A DNA stretch of 64,000 nt from Acidobacteriota bacterium. GTDB lineage: Bacteria; Acidobacteriota; UBA890; WLXD01. The translations under genes were made by a program, and so were the position numbers. This document shows, one piece after another, positions 31,950 through 41,528 of the stretch (position 1 is its first letter; each line of letters starts with the position of its first letter). The notes beneath the pieces are model-generated. The model was not told the origin of the DNA and did no database searches. It saw only the letters and a list, made by a program, of their open reading frames with translations. The DNA is taken from positions 416,001 through 480,000 of the forward strand of contig CBDBHB010000009.1 in NCBI GenBank assembly GCA_965205505.1, read 5' to 3'.

Positions 31950-32079
31950 GGTACTGTCAAGTTAACTCGAAATTGGCGAGAAACGCGTGATGTATGAACT
32001 CAGGTCCGTTGTCCCGTGGGCGTTTCACGTCCGGCCAAGAGGCCTCAGCTCCCCATAATCGACTTAACTTGACTGTACC
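31950..32079. mobile_element. 130-bp MITE with IS6-like terminal inverted repeats
   Basis: Left GGTACTGTCAAGTTAACTCG vs right (reverse complement) GGTACAGTCAAGTTAAGTCG, 18/20; no transposase; no target duplication seen. Confidence 0.7.
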
Positions 32080-32153
32080 CCCGGCGGGACTCCCTCGTGG
32101 ATGATCGGTATACGATGGGGCTATCCGCTGAGCGTAGCCGAAAGGTGTTCCCT

Positions 32154-32315
32154 ATGCAGCGACGGCGGTACACGAAACCGGCCGCAAGAGTCATTGCTCT
32201 GCTCTTGGCCGGGCATCTCCTCTTGTTCTACCCTCTGCCACTCGAAGTTCTCGGTATCGTCCTTCTGGTTTTCGGCGCTATCTGCGTGTTAGCGGATTGG
32301 CGGAATGCTCTCTAA
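32154..32315 (+). CDS. Possible small membrane protein
   Basis: 53-aa ORF with two hydrophobic stretches; no recognisable family. Confidence 0.3.
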   Translation: MQRRRYTKPAARVIALLLAGHLLLFYPLPLEVLGIVLLVFGAICVLADWRNAL

Positions 32316-32580
32316 CACGCGCAACGTCCTGTTCTACGAGGGCCCGACGACGCAGAACTTCTCGCCGACGGTCTTCGTGGACATCGACGACGTCCTGGGC
32401 CGAAAGGTCGACGCCGTGAATGCGCACGCCACTCAGGTGGACAAGACCAACATCCAGGACCTGACTATCATCGACCTAGCGCGCGCCGCATCCCACTTTC
32501 GCGGCATCCAGGCGCGGGTCAAGAACGCCGAAGGCTTCATGCCTCTGCGGCTGTTCATCAACGTCGACCGGGAGCAATAG
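32305..32580 (+). pseudogene. PIG-L family deacetylase, C-terminal fragment
   Basis: NVLFYEGPTT..FSPTVFVDI..K..A..AHATQ..FRG..AEGF; the N-terminal HPDD half is absent. Confidence 0.75.
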
Positions 32581-32657
32581 GGATGCTGGGTGCCGGGGAA
32601 GGGGGATGGTCCTGAGCGCGACGGTGCAGGCCGGCAGTGGGTAGCTTCTGGTCTGGT

Positions 32658-33784
32658 ATGAGGGTCGTCCGGTCCGCCGGGCTGATCGTCATGGTGACCG
32701 GGCTGCTCCTGCCCGTTCTGCGGCGGCCGTTCTTTGCCACCGGCAACCGCTGGCTCTACGTGCTGTTTCTGAGCTTCTCCATCGCCGCGCTCTTGAGCCC
32801 CGGGGTTCGCTGGCTGGCGCACAGGACGGGGGCGCTCGACCTGCCGGACGGCCGCAGGAAGATCCACGATACCCCCACCGCGTTGCTGGGGGGGATCGCC
32901 GTCTACGCCGGGGTGATGGGGGCGATCGTCGCCAACGGCGTGTGGCCGCCGGGATTGGCGCCGATCCTGTCCATCGCCACGTTCCTGTTTCTCTTCAGCC
33001 TCGCCGACGACCTGCGCCCCCTCGGATCGTGGCTCAAGCTCACCGTCTTCATGCTCGCGGCCGGCGCCGCCGTCGCCTCCGGGGCGCAGGCGACTGTGTT
33101 TCCGCCAAACCAAGTCGGCATCGCCCTCAACCTGCTCGTCAGCTTCATCTGGATCCTCGGCATCTTCAACGCCCTCAACTTCCTCGACGGGATGGACGGC
33201 CTCGGCCCCGGTCTGGCGGCGATCATCGCCCTGTTCACGGGCATAGTCGCCTACGAGACCGGCCAGGAGGTGCTGGGGTGGGTATCGGCCGCCGTGGTCG
33301 GGAGCTGCGTCGGTTTCCTCCCCTTCAACTTCCGCCCGCGGGCGAGGGCGACGATCTTCCTGGGGGACGCCGGCAGCAACTTCCTGGGCTTCACGCTTGC
33401 CAGCATCGCCCTGCTGGGCTACTGGGCGGACGCCAGGCCGCTCGTGGCCATCAGCAGCCCGCTGCTCATCTTCGGGATCCTGATCTTCGACATGGTCCAC
33501 ATCACCGTGACGCGCATAGCGAGCGGCGAGGTCCGAACGTTCTACGAGTGGATCCGTTACACCCGGGGCGGGACCACTTCCACCATCGGCTGCAGGTGGT
33601 GCTGGGAAGCAGGGCCCTGACGGTCTCTTTCATCCTTTTGCTGAACGTATGTCTGGGGCTTTCGGCGCTGGCGCTACGGCGAACCGACGTGAACGGCGCG
33701 CTGGTGCTCCTGCTTCAGGCGCTGGTCGTCCTCGCCCTCGTCACCGTGCTGGAGCGCCGCGGGCGGCGCCTCGCCTCCGGCTGA
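32658..33784 (+). CDS. MraY/WecA-like glycosyltransferase family 4, frameshifted near 33565
   Basis: RKIH..PT.LLGG, LADD, NALNFLDGMDG, FLPFNF, IFLGDAGS; GRDHFHHRL resumes in another frame after a CCC/GGGG run. Confidence 0.85.
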
Positions 33785-33803
33785 GGGCACCGCCGCACTC
33801 CCT

Positions 33804-33893
33804 ATGATCGAGGCGCACGGCCTGTCCAAGCGGTTTCCCGGCACCGGCTGGCGTTGGCCGACCCGGCACCGCGGCGTCCGGGGAGTCGATCTT
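33804..33893 (+). pseudogene. ABC transporter ATP-binding protein, N-terminal stub
   Basis: MIEAHGLSKRFPG...GVRGVDL breaks off before the Walker A motif. Confidence 0.55.
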
Positions 33894-33984
33894 AACAACG
33901 GCGGCGACGATCGCTAGCTCAGCTTGAGCAGCCGCCAAACGGGAACTGTCGCGCGTGCTGACACGTCAAGGACAAGAGCGTTGC

Positions 33985-34075
33985 ACTGAGAAGAACAGAT
34001 TACAGCTTTAAAAGTCACTATTTTCTTTTAGCTCATATCTCTGCACTATGGTACCATCTAAACGTTACTGGAGAT
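33985..34075 (+). promoter_or_regulatory. AT-rich probable promoter region of the kinase/PqqD/nucleotidyltransferase operon
   Basis: Abrupt AT-rich tract with TATGGT/TACCAT -10-like hexamers about 130 bp upstream of 34193. Confidence 0.35.
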
Positions 34076-34192
34076 TGAGGTCAGACTCGCGAGCGTCGTC
34101 TACCTGCTTGGCTTGGCCGCCAGACCGGGGTGGCTGATCCGCTGAGGTAGGGCCTTCAATCGATCGAGTGAGATCAGCTGGAGAAGCTTAGG

Positions 34193-35140
34193 ATGCCCGC
34201 CTCGAACCTGCCTCGGCTCAAGCAAACCTTCACCGGAATGGACAAGATCGACCGCCTCGGGTGGGCGGAAGGGATGAGCTTCACGGTGTACGGCCTCCGG
34301 GTCGGGGTCCGGGCGAGCGCTCCGGGAACCATGGATCGGCTTCGCGCTCTGCTGCCGCCCGGCTGGAAGCCCGCTGGCTCGCCCGAGGTCGAGCGCCTCT
34401 ACTCCCTCATCGTCGGTGGCGAGGGGCCGCGCCCCAATGTCCGCCGCTTCAACTTGCTATACGTGGACGCAACGCGAATGGCTCGTTCGATGGATCTCGA
34501 TGCGGTGCTCTCCAACCTCGCATCCGACCTGCAGCTCTATATCGCGGAGCGGGCGCGCCGCAGGCTGTTCGTGCATGCGGGCGTAGTCGGCTGGCACGGC
34601 CAGGCGATCGTCATCCCGGGCCAGAGCATGAGTGGCAAGACATCCCTGGTGGCGGCGTTGGTCCGGGCCGGGGCGACCTACTACTCCGACGAGTATGCGG
34701 TCCTCGACGCGCGCGGTCGTGTGCATCCCTACCCGACGCCGCTGTCCATACGAGAACGGCCAGATGCACGGGCCAAGAAGTGCCCGCCCGAGGCGTTGGG
34801 CGGTCGCCCCGGAGTCGGACCGCTCCCGGTCGGCTCGGTGGCGGTCACGAAGTACAGGCAGGGGGCGCGTTGGCGACCCCGACAGCTCCCCCCGGGGCGG
34901 GCGCTGCTGGAGCTCCTGGCCCACACCGTGCCGGTTCGGCGGCGACCGAGGGCCGCGATCACCAGGCTGCGAAAAGCGGTATCCGACACGCTGGTTCTCA
35001 AGGGCGTGCGCGGCGAGGCCGAGGAGATGGCCGAGGCTTTGTTGAGCCGACTACAGGAGCGCGTGATCGCGGTGCCGGCGGAGGATCGCTGCCTGCGAGG
35101 TGTGGCTTCAACCGGCCAGCGCGAAGCTGCGAGGGCATGA
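34193..35140 (+). CDS. HPr-kinase-related P-loop kinase (RiPP-associated type); start may be 34238
   Basis: FVHAGVV...PGQSMSGKTSLV (Walker A)...YYSDE...HPYP. Confidence 0.82.
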   Translation: MPASNLPRLKQTFTGMDKIDRLGWAEGMSFTVYGLRVGVRASAPGTMDRLRALLPPGWKPAGSPEVERLYSLIVGGEGPRPNVRRFNLLYVDATRMARSMDLDAVLSNLASDLQLYIAERARRRLFVHAGVVGWHGQAIVIPGQSMSGKTSLVAALVRAGATYYSDEYAVLDARGRVHPYPTPLSIRERPDARAKKCPPEALGGRPGVGPLPVGSVAVTKYRQGARWRPRQLPPGRALLELLAHTVPVRRRPRAAITRLRKAVSDTLVLKGVRGEAEEMAEALLSRLQERVIAVPAEDRCLRGVASTGQREAARA

Positions 35141-35150
35141 GGAGATCATC

Positions 35151-35688
35151 ATGAGCGACGCAGCAAACGGACCGACGCCGAGGGCGAGGCAGGAGCGGCT
35201 GGTCGTAGAAGAACTGCCGGACGAGACCTTGGTGTACGACCTGAGCCGTCATAAGACGCATTGTCTGAATCGGACCTCGGCCCTGGTCTGGCGGCACTGC
35301 GATGGGCACACGACCCTCGCCGAGATGGCTGCGCTGCTGGAGAAAGGAGGTTGGCATCCCGGCAGACGAGGCCGTCGTGTGGATGGCGCTGGACCGCCTG
35401 GGGCGGGCGCGCCTGTTGCAACAGCCGGTGAGCTTGCCGGCCGGCGTGGCACGGTACTCGCGGCGAGAGGCGATGCGGACGTTGGGGCTGGGTGCGGGGC
35501 TGTCGCTGCTCGTGCCGGTGGTGGAGACGATCGTCGCACCGCACGCCGCGGCGCAGGGATCGTGCATCGACGCGGAGGCGTGCAAAGCTCTCAGTCCTCC
35601 CTGCGGCGGAGCACCAGTCTGCTTCAATGCGGGGGACTGCTGCCTACAAAAGAATCCTGTGCAGTGTGACAAGGACACTTGTCCCTAG
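35151..35688 (+). CDS. PqqD/RRE domain fused to twin-arginine-like leader and Cys-rich peptide; +1 frameshift near 35344
   Basis: PRARQERLVVEELPDETLVYDL..HCLNRTSALVWRHCDG (PqqD fold), then VWMALDRL, SRREAMRTLGLGAGLSLLVPVVETIVAPHAAAQGS and an 8-Cys tail; AGGAG RBS. Confidence 0.82.
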
Positions 35689-35697
35689 GTGTGACCG

Positions 35698-36834
35698 GTG
35701 TGGAATCCGAGAAGTGAGATCGCACCGGCGCCGTACCTGCACTCCGGCCACCGCGTGGGACCACACGGCAAGCTGGTAGCATCGATTCTTGCTGGCGCCT
35801 GGCGCCGGTCTCCGCCGCCGCTGTCCCTGTCGTCAGCCGACCTGGCCGAGATCACGCCGCTGCTGCTGAGGACCGGAGCAGCGAGCTTAGGCTGGTGGCG
35901 GGTGCGCGATTCCGATCTGCGGACCTGCTCCCCCGCCCTCGAGCTTCGCCAGGCGTACCGCCTCCATACGCTCCAGGCTGGGCTGCACGAGCGCCGCATC
36001 GTGCGCGCCATCGCGCTCCTGAGTTCGGCCGGCGTGGAGCCGCTGCTGGCCAAGGGCTGGGCGGCAGCGCGACTCTACCCGGAGCGTGGCCTGCGCCCGT
36101 ACGGCGACATCGACCTGTGGGTTCGAGCTCGGCAGCATGCGGCTGCCGTGGCCATCCTGAGCAGCCCGGCTGGCGAGCGCCTCCGGGTGGACTTGCACCG
36201 GGAAATCCGTCTTGTCGAGTGCCTGGACCGTAGCTGGGACGAGCTCTACGACCGCTCCCGGCTGCTGCCCCTCGGTGAGGCGCAGGTGCGCATACCGGGG
36301 CCCGAGGACCACCTCCGCCTCCTGTGCCTGCACATGTTCCGCCATGGCGCCTGGCGCCCTCTCTGGCTGTGCGACATTGGGGCGGCGCTGGAGGGCCTGC
36401 CAGCAGACTTCGACTGGGATCTTTGCCTCAGGGGGAATCCACGGCGCTCGGATTGGGTCGCCTGTGCCATCGGTCTGGCGCACCAGCTTCTCGACGCCCG
36501 TGTCGACGGCACCTCCGTGGCCGGGAGAACCCGACACCTGCCCCGATGGCTGCTTGCCGCCGTGCTGCGCCAATGGGGGGCAGCGGAACACTACATGAAC
36601 AGCCCGTCGATGGCCTTCTGTCTCGGGCATCCCGCCCGGGCACTCAAGGCGCTGCGCCTGCGTTGGCCGAATCCGATTCAGGCTACGGTCGCCCTGGGAG
36701 GGCCGTTCAATGACCTGCCCAGGTTCCCGTTTCAGCTTGCCGAATGTCTCTCCCGCCCCGCACAGTTCATGGCGCAACTGTCGAGGCCTCCGCAGCGAAA
36801 TGACACCGGGCCCATGGTCATGCGCAAGGCGTGA
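35698..36834 (+). CDS. Uncharacterised nucleotidyltransferase family protein (NTP_transf_5-like)
   Basis: LLAKG...LYP...RPYGDIDLWV, VDLH, EDHLRLLCLH..HG, WLCDI. Confidence 0.85.
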   Translation: MWNPRSEIAPAPYLHSGHRVGPHGKLVASILAGAWRRSPPPLSLSSADLAEITPLLLRTGAASLGWWRVRDSDLRTCSPALELRQAYRLHTLQAGLHERRIVRAIALLSSAGVEPLLAKGWAAARLYPERGLRPYGDIDLWVRARQHAAAVAILSSPAGERLRVDLHREIRLVECLDRSWDELYDRSRLLPLGEAQVRIPGPEDHLRLLCLHMFRHGAWRPLWLCDIGAALEGLPADFDWDLCLRGNPRRSDWVACAIGLAHQLLDARVDGTSVAGRTRHLPRWLLAAVLRQWGAAEHYMNSPSMAFCLGHPARALKALRLRWPNPIQATVALGGPFNDLPRFPFQLAECLSRPAQFMAQLSRPPQRNDTGPMVMRKA

Positions 36835-37008
36835 TCCGGTGAGCTGTTAGCGCCGATGCAGAACTGATCCATTGGTGACGATCGAAAACTGACTGTGAGA
36901 CTCAGGCCTAGCCGCGAAGGGTCCGCCCCGGCTTGGGTCCGCCGTCTCCTGCGGCTCTCGTGGGAGGGAGCCCAGGGGGTCTGAGGCGTGGCGGCGCGGT
37001 GCTTTGCC

Positions 37009-37578
37009 TCAGAAAGCCCAGCGCACTCCGACGCCAGAGCGAAAGATCATGGCGCCACGGGGAACGTGGAGGCGGGTCTGAGCAACGAGCTGCAGTTGGC
37101 GACCGAGCGCGAACCGCCAGTCGAGACCGAGGGTCGGCGCCAACATGGTGGCGTCCAGGTCTCCGAAGTGCGAGTGCTTCTGCGAGTGCCATAGGGTCGC
37201 GCCGGCCAGCAGCGCCGGCCCGGTTCGCCCGCCCGACCGGAGCTGAAAACTGACCAGCCCGGTCAGGATGTAGTCCCGGTGGCCGACCTGCGCCGCCGAC
37301 AAGAAGCGTGCCCTCGCTGCCTCGATCTCCAGGCTGAGCCGCTCAGTCAAGAAGGTACCGAGGCTTCCGCTAACACCGAAGGTCTGGCCGCTCAGACCGT
37401 CCTCGGAGCGCTCGACGTACGCGAACAGGTCGGCGCCGAGGTAGTGGCGAGGCGACGACGCCTCGGGCTTGGGTTCCTGCGCGGTGGCCGCGCTCGGCAT
37501 GCCGAGGCTCAGGAACGACACAAACACCGCCGCTTTCAGCACGCGCCGAGGATCCGGCTGAGCCACCGGGATCTTCAT
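37009..37578 (-). CDS. Outer-membrane beta-barrel-like exported protein
   Basis: Signal peptide, alternating amphipathic strands, C-terminal GVGVRWAF. Confidence 0.6.
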   Translation of the reverse strand: MKIPVAQPDPRRVLKAAVFVSFLSLGMPSAATAQEPKPEASSPRHYLGADLFAYVERSEDGLSGQTFGVSGSLGTFLTERLSLEIEAARARFLSAAQVGHRDYILTGLVSFQLRSGGRTGPALLAGATLWHSQKHSHFGDLDATMLAPTLGLDWRFALGRQLQLVAQTRLHVPRGAMIFRSGVGVRWAF

Positions 37579-38005
37579 GCCACCCCTCGTTGACGGTCGA
37601 TCTCCGCGCTCGGCCAGAACCCTCGAGCAGCGAAGCCGGCTGGCGGATGATGCTCGTGGCGGGGCCGCCGGGTCCCGAACTCGCGAAGCACTTTTAGTTA
37701 GTATTACATATCATATAATAATGTTTCGTATTATATGTCTTATAAACACATCTCACAAAAAAATTACTGGTGGCCGTTACGACGCACGCCGTAGCCGCCG
37801 CAGAGGTGACCGCGATGATGGCGGCAGCACCAAGCCGCTCAGGGACGTTCTCGCTGGATTCAACTTGCTTGTGCGCTTCAGCTTGTCTATCGACTTCAAT
37901 GGGGACCTCCGTGTTCGATCGGAGCCGGTGCGGCCGAGTGTGCTGTACTCCATGAGCGTCCTGGGTTGCAGGGTGACCCAACAGTGTGTGGGCGGGCTCT
38001 ACCCG

Positions 38006-38764
38006 CTACTGCATGAACTGGCCGCCGTTGACGTGGAAGCTGGCGCCGGTGGTGAAGCGTGCGCCGAGAATCGCATCGATCATTGCCGTGATGTCATTCA
38101 TCGCGCCGAGCCGGCCCATGGGAATCCGCTGGAGCATGCGCTCGACTCCGGCGTCGGTCTCCAGGTCGTAGCGCGCCACGACGTCGGGTGTCGGGACCGA
38201 GCCGGGTTGCAGACAGTTCACCCGGATCCGCGGTGCCAGCTCGAGGGCCATACATTTGGTCAGTGCCAGAATGCCGCCCTTGGCACTGCAGAAGTTGGCG
38301 CCGTTCGGGCGGCCCTCGACACCGCACGGCGCGACGAAGTTGAGGATCACCCCGTCGCGGTCCGGATTGTGGAACACGAACTCCTGCGAGCAGATGAAGT
38401 GGCCTCGCAGGTGCACAGCGACGACGCTGTCGAACTGTTCGTCGGTGAGCTCCATGAAGGGCGCGTCGCGGTTGAATCCGGCACCGTTGATCAACACATC
38501 GACACGACCGAAGCGGTCGATCACCGCGTCGAACATGGACCGCACCTGATCACGTTGGGCGACATCGGCGCGGTACTTGAGCAGACGGGCCGGGCCGGCA
38601 GCCTCGATGTCGCGCTCGACGCGCAGCGCCTTGTCCTCGGTGAGGTAGTTCAGACAAACGCCGAATCCGCGGGCCGCCAGGTGCTTGACGATGCCGGCTC
38701 CGAGCCCACTGGCGCCTCCGGTCACCACCGCCACGCGTTCCTCAGCAGTCTCAGAAGTCGTCAT
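38006..38764 (-). CDS. SDR family oxidoreductase (FabG-like)
   Basis: TGGASGLG, DVLINGAG, NFCSAKGG (F in place of the catalytic Tyr), RIPMGRLG, VNGG. Confidence 0.88.
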   Translation of the reverse strand: MTTSETAEERVAVVTGGASGLGAGIVKHLAARGFGVCLNYLTEDKALRVERDIEAAGPARLLKYRADVAQRDQVRSMFDAVIDRFGRVDVLINGAGFNRDAPFMELTDEQFDSVVAVHLRGHFICSQEFVFHNPDRDGVILNFVAPCGVEGRPNGANFCSAKGGILALTKCMALELAPRIRVNCLQPGSVPTPDVVARYDLETDAGVERMLQRIPMGRLGAMNDITAMIDAILGARFTTGASFHVNGGQFMQ

Positions 38765-39723
38765 GTCGCTCCGGCGCGCTGACGCTGACGGAACCACTCG
38801 ACGGTCGCTCGTATTGCCTGCCGTAGCGGCGTCGGGTGGGCGCCGAAGGCACGGTCGAACTTCGTGTGGTCGACGATGAAGGGCCGGTCCAACAAGTGTG
38901 CCTCGTAACCCCGACTACGCCGCAGACTGTCGTCGGCCACCCGGATAGCGGGGCCGTTGCCCGCCTCCTCGTAGACGATCTCGAAGAACCGCCGCGGCGT
39001 TACGGGTGCGTCGTTGGGCAAGTTCCAGACTTGTCCGAGTGCCTTGGGTTGGTTGCCGAGCGTTACCAGGCCCGCGGCGACATCGTCGATAAACGAGTAG
39101 CTGTGCAGAGCGTCCGCAGCACCGAGGATCTCTGCCTCCTCGCCGCGAAGCGCCGGCACGAACAAACGATCGCCGGTGGTGGAGTTGAGCACCTCGGGGC
39201 CAAAGAAGTCGGAGGCGCAGCCGATGGTCACCGCCACTTCGTTCGCCGCGTGGGCGTCGAGCAGGCGCCGCGCCACGCCGACGCGAGCCAACCCTTTCTC
39301 GTCGCTGGCGTTCCAGGGATGGTCCTCGGTCAACGGGCCGTCGACGGGACCGTATATATAGTGGTTGTCGCCGTAGACAATGCGCGCGCCGGCAGCGGCA
39401 GCGGCGGCGATCGTGCCCTCGGTGATCGCCGGCAGGTGCTCGGTCTCGTTGGTCCAGCGCAACGGTTGCGGGTTGTCTGGGTCGGACCAGTCCATGTATG
39501 GGGCGCTGGCGCACTGGAATATCACGCTTGCCCCGGCGCACGCCTCTCGCGCGGCGTCGACATCCTTGATATCGGCGGCGACCAGCTCGACGCTCTCTGG
39601 CACCTGGCCGCGACCACTACGGTTGATGCCGCGGACGAGGCGGCCAGCTTCGATGAGGCGCCGCGCAACCGCCGCCCCCATCGGTCCGGTGACCCCGATC
39701 ACGACGTACAGAGGTACGCTCAC
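38761..39723 (-). CDS. NAD-dependent epimerase/dehydratase family protein
   Basis: GVTGPMG, DNHYIYG, KG..R, SDFFGP, HSYSFIDD. Confidence 0.88.
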   Translation of the reverse strand: MSVPLYVVIGVTGPMGAAVARRLIEAGRLVRGINRSGRGQVPESVELVAADIKDVDAAREACAGASVIFQCASAPYMDWSDPDNPQPLRWTNETEHLPAITEGTIAAAAAAGARIVYGDNHYIYGPVDGPLTEDHPWNASDEKGLARVGVARRLLDAHAANEVAVTIGCASDFFGPEVLNSTTGDRLFVPALRGEEAEILGAADALHSYSFIDDVAAGLVTLGNQPKALGQVWNLPNDAPVTPRRFFEIVYEEAGNGPAIRVADDSLRRSRGYEAHLLDRPFIVDHTKFDRAFGAHPTPLRQAIRATVEWFRQRQRAGAT

Positions 39724-41351
39724 CAGAGCTTCTGGATCTCGTCGTCGAGCCCGGTCATTTCCCAGCGGATGAGCGAGAACGGGATGCCGCCGGCGGCGAG
39801 AAACTCGTCGACGAAGTCGCGCAGCACGAAGTCAGGCCCGAGCTGACGCACGCGGTCGCCGAACAGCTTGATGAACTGACTCTTGCCAATCACCATCCCC
39901 GAGTGCCAGCCCGGGAAGCGCAGGTTCGTCGCCATCTCGTACCAGACGTGGTAGCCGTCGGGTAGCAGCCAGCCGTTGGGTGCGCAGGCGTAGCAGTAGT
40001 CGATAGCCTCTTGGAGGGTGAAGTCGTTGGCGTGCATGTTCTGGTCGGCGATGGCGCGACAGGAGCGGAAAGCCGTCTGCATGTAGACGATCTCGCGTCC
40101 TCGGGGCGACCGCTCATCGAGGTATCCAGAATGCATCAGCAGCTCCTCGAGGCCGAAGGCCCAGCCTTCGAGGCGGATCATGTCCATGGCGAACAGCCGC
40201 TCGGCACCGCGGATAACGCGCTCGTCGCGCTGCTGTTGCTGGTTATCGAAGTAGTGGCCGATGAACTCGTGCACCTGCTCGGGCAGCGGCTCGCGGTCGC
40301 CCGTCTGATCGAAGAAGTCGGTCTCCGGTCGCGGCCAGATCGCCGCAGGCTGCAGCGGCCCTCGCGAGAGATAGCCGCTGGCGTCGAGGTAGTCGGGAAT
40401 GGTAGCGATCTCTGATTCGCTCAAGAACCGCATGGCGAACTCGAGCGCGGCTCGTTTTCGGCGAGCGTGCTCCTCGGCAGTCTGCACCGGCTCGAGCTCG
40501 GGCAGATGGCGATTACGATTGCGCTCCAGCTCGAGGTAGGTGAGCACACGCTCGTCCTCGCGAGTGACGATCTCGCGAAAGTCGTCCCAGGTGTACGGCA
40601 CGAGCTGGACGTTGCGCAGCCACCAGTCGTAGTTGTCCTTGCCGATGCCGGCCCGGCCGTTCATGCGTGCGCGGTTGTTCTCTAGCCACTCGCCGTAGGC
40701 GACCACAGCGCCGCGTGCTGCGTCGGCGGGCTCGACCAGCTCCGGGTGGTGACCGCCGGCGGTATCACGAATGCGCTCGAAGAACGCCACTTCTTCATGC
40801 AGGTAATGCAGCGCCAGCGTCACCAGGTCGGCCGGAACGTTGCGTAGGTTGTCGCGCGCCGCGGACAGGAGTGTCGGAACTGCTTCCAACGCCTGCAGCA
40901 CTGCCGGCAGCTCGGCTGGCGGCATCGGCAGATCGTTGATCCGCACGCCCCTCCGCGATGGTCCCGATCCGCCCATCGTCTGCAGATAGAACCCGGGGTC
41001 ACGAGACCATGGCCGCAGCACCCGGTGATAGAAGTCGAGGCCGTTCATCTCGCCGCGGACAAGCAGGTAGTCGACCTTCTGGTCGACCGGCCAGGCGTCG
41101 ACGGCCAGCGCGTCGAACGTGCGTCGGAGCCGGCCGAGCGCCTGATACTGCCGGCGCATGGTATCGCCGCCGAAATCAGGGACCCCGTTGGTGACCGGCG
41201 GACGCTCGAGGGCGCGGAAGTCGCCGAAGATCTCCAGCAGCTCGGAATAGTTCGACGCCTGAGTCTGTGCGGTGGCGCTTCGCGGGCCAGCGGCTCCCGC
41301 CGCGCTGCAGGCGATTATCAGGGTCGCGGCGAGGAGCTTGCTCGTTGTCAT
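39720..41351 (-). CDS. DUF885 family protein, exported
   Basis: VLRPWSRDPGFY, HEFIGH, EGWAF, GPDFVLRDFVDEF; signal peptide. Confidence 0.82.
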   Translation of the reverse strand: MTTSKLLAATLIIACSAAGAAGPRSATAQTQASNYSELLEIFGDFRALERPPVTNGVPDFGGDTMRRQYQALGRLRRTFDALAVDAWPVDQKVDYLLVRGEMNGLDFYHRVLRPWSRDPGFYLQTMGGSGPSRRGVRINDLPMPPAELPAVLQALEAVPTLLSAARDNLRNVPADLVTLALHYLHEEVAFFERIRDTAGGHHPELVEPADAARGAVVAYGEWLENNRARMNGRAGIGKDNYDWWLRNVQLVPYTWDDFREIVTREDERVLTYLELERNRNRHLPELEPVQTAEEHARRKRAALEFAMRFLSESEIATIPDYLDASGYLSRGPLQPAAIWPRPETDFFDQTGDREPLPEQVHEFIGHYFDNQQQQRDERVIRGAERLFAMDMIRLEGWAFGLEELLMHSGYLDERSPRGREIVYMQTAFRSCRAIADQNMHANDFTLQEAIDYCYACAPNGWLLPDGYHVWYEMATNLRFPGWHSGMVIGKSQFIKLFGDRVRQLGPDFVLRDFVDEFLAAGGIPFSLIRWEMTGLDDEIQKLW

Positions 41352-41528
41352 GACGCTCGCCTCAGCGGGTCTCGGATAGACCTGTTCAAGAGTTGCATAC
41401 AGTATACGATGATGCCGAAACGCCTCACCAAGGCGCGGAGGAGCTCATTCGTGGCAGGTATCCGGCGGCCTGATGTACTGCGGACGGCGGTCGGCCGTGG
41501 GCCTTATCGGTGGCGCCGGACTGTACCG

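Noticed and set aside
34193-36834. Lasso peptide or PQQ biosynthesis cluster
   Set aside because: No asparagine-synthetase-like cyclase, B2 protease, lasso precursor or pqqBCE genes nearby.
37694-37981. 95-aa ORF as a RiPP precursor
   Set aside because: No ATG or RBS support; its C-terminus is just translation of the AT-rich patch.
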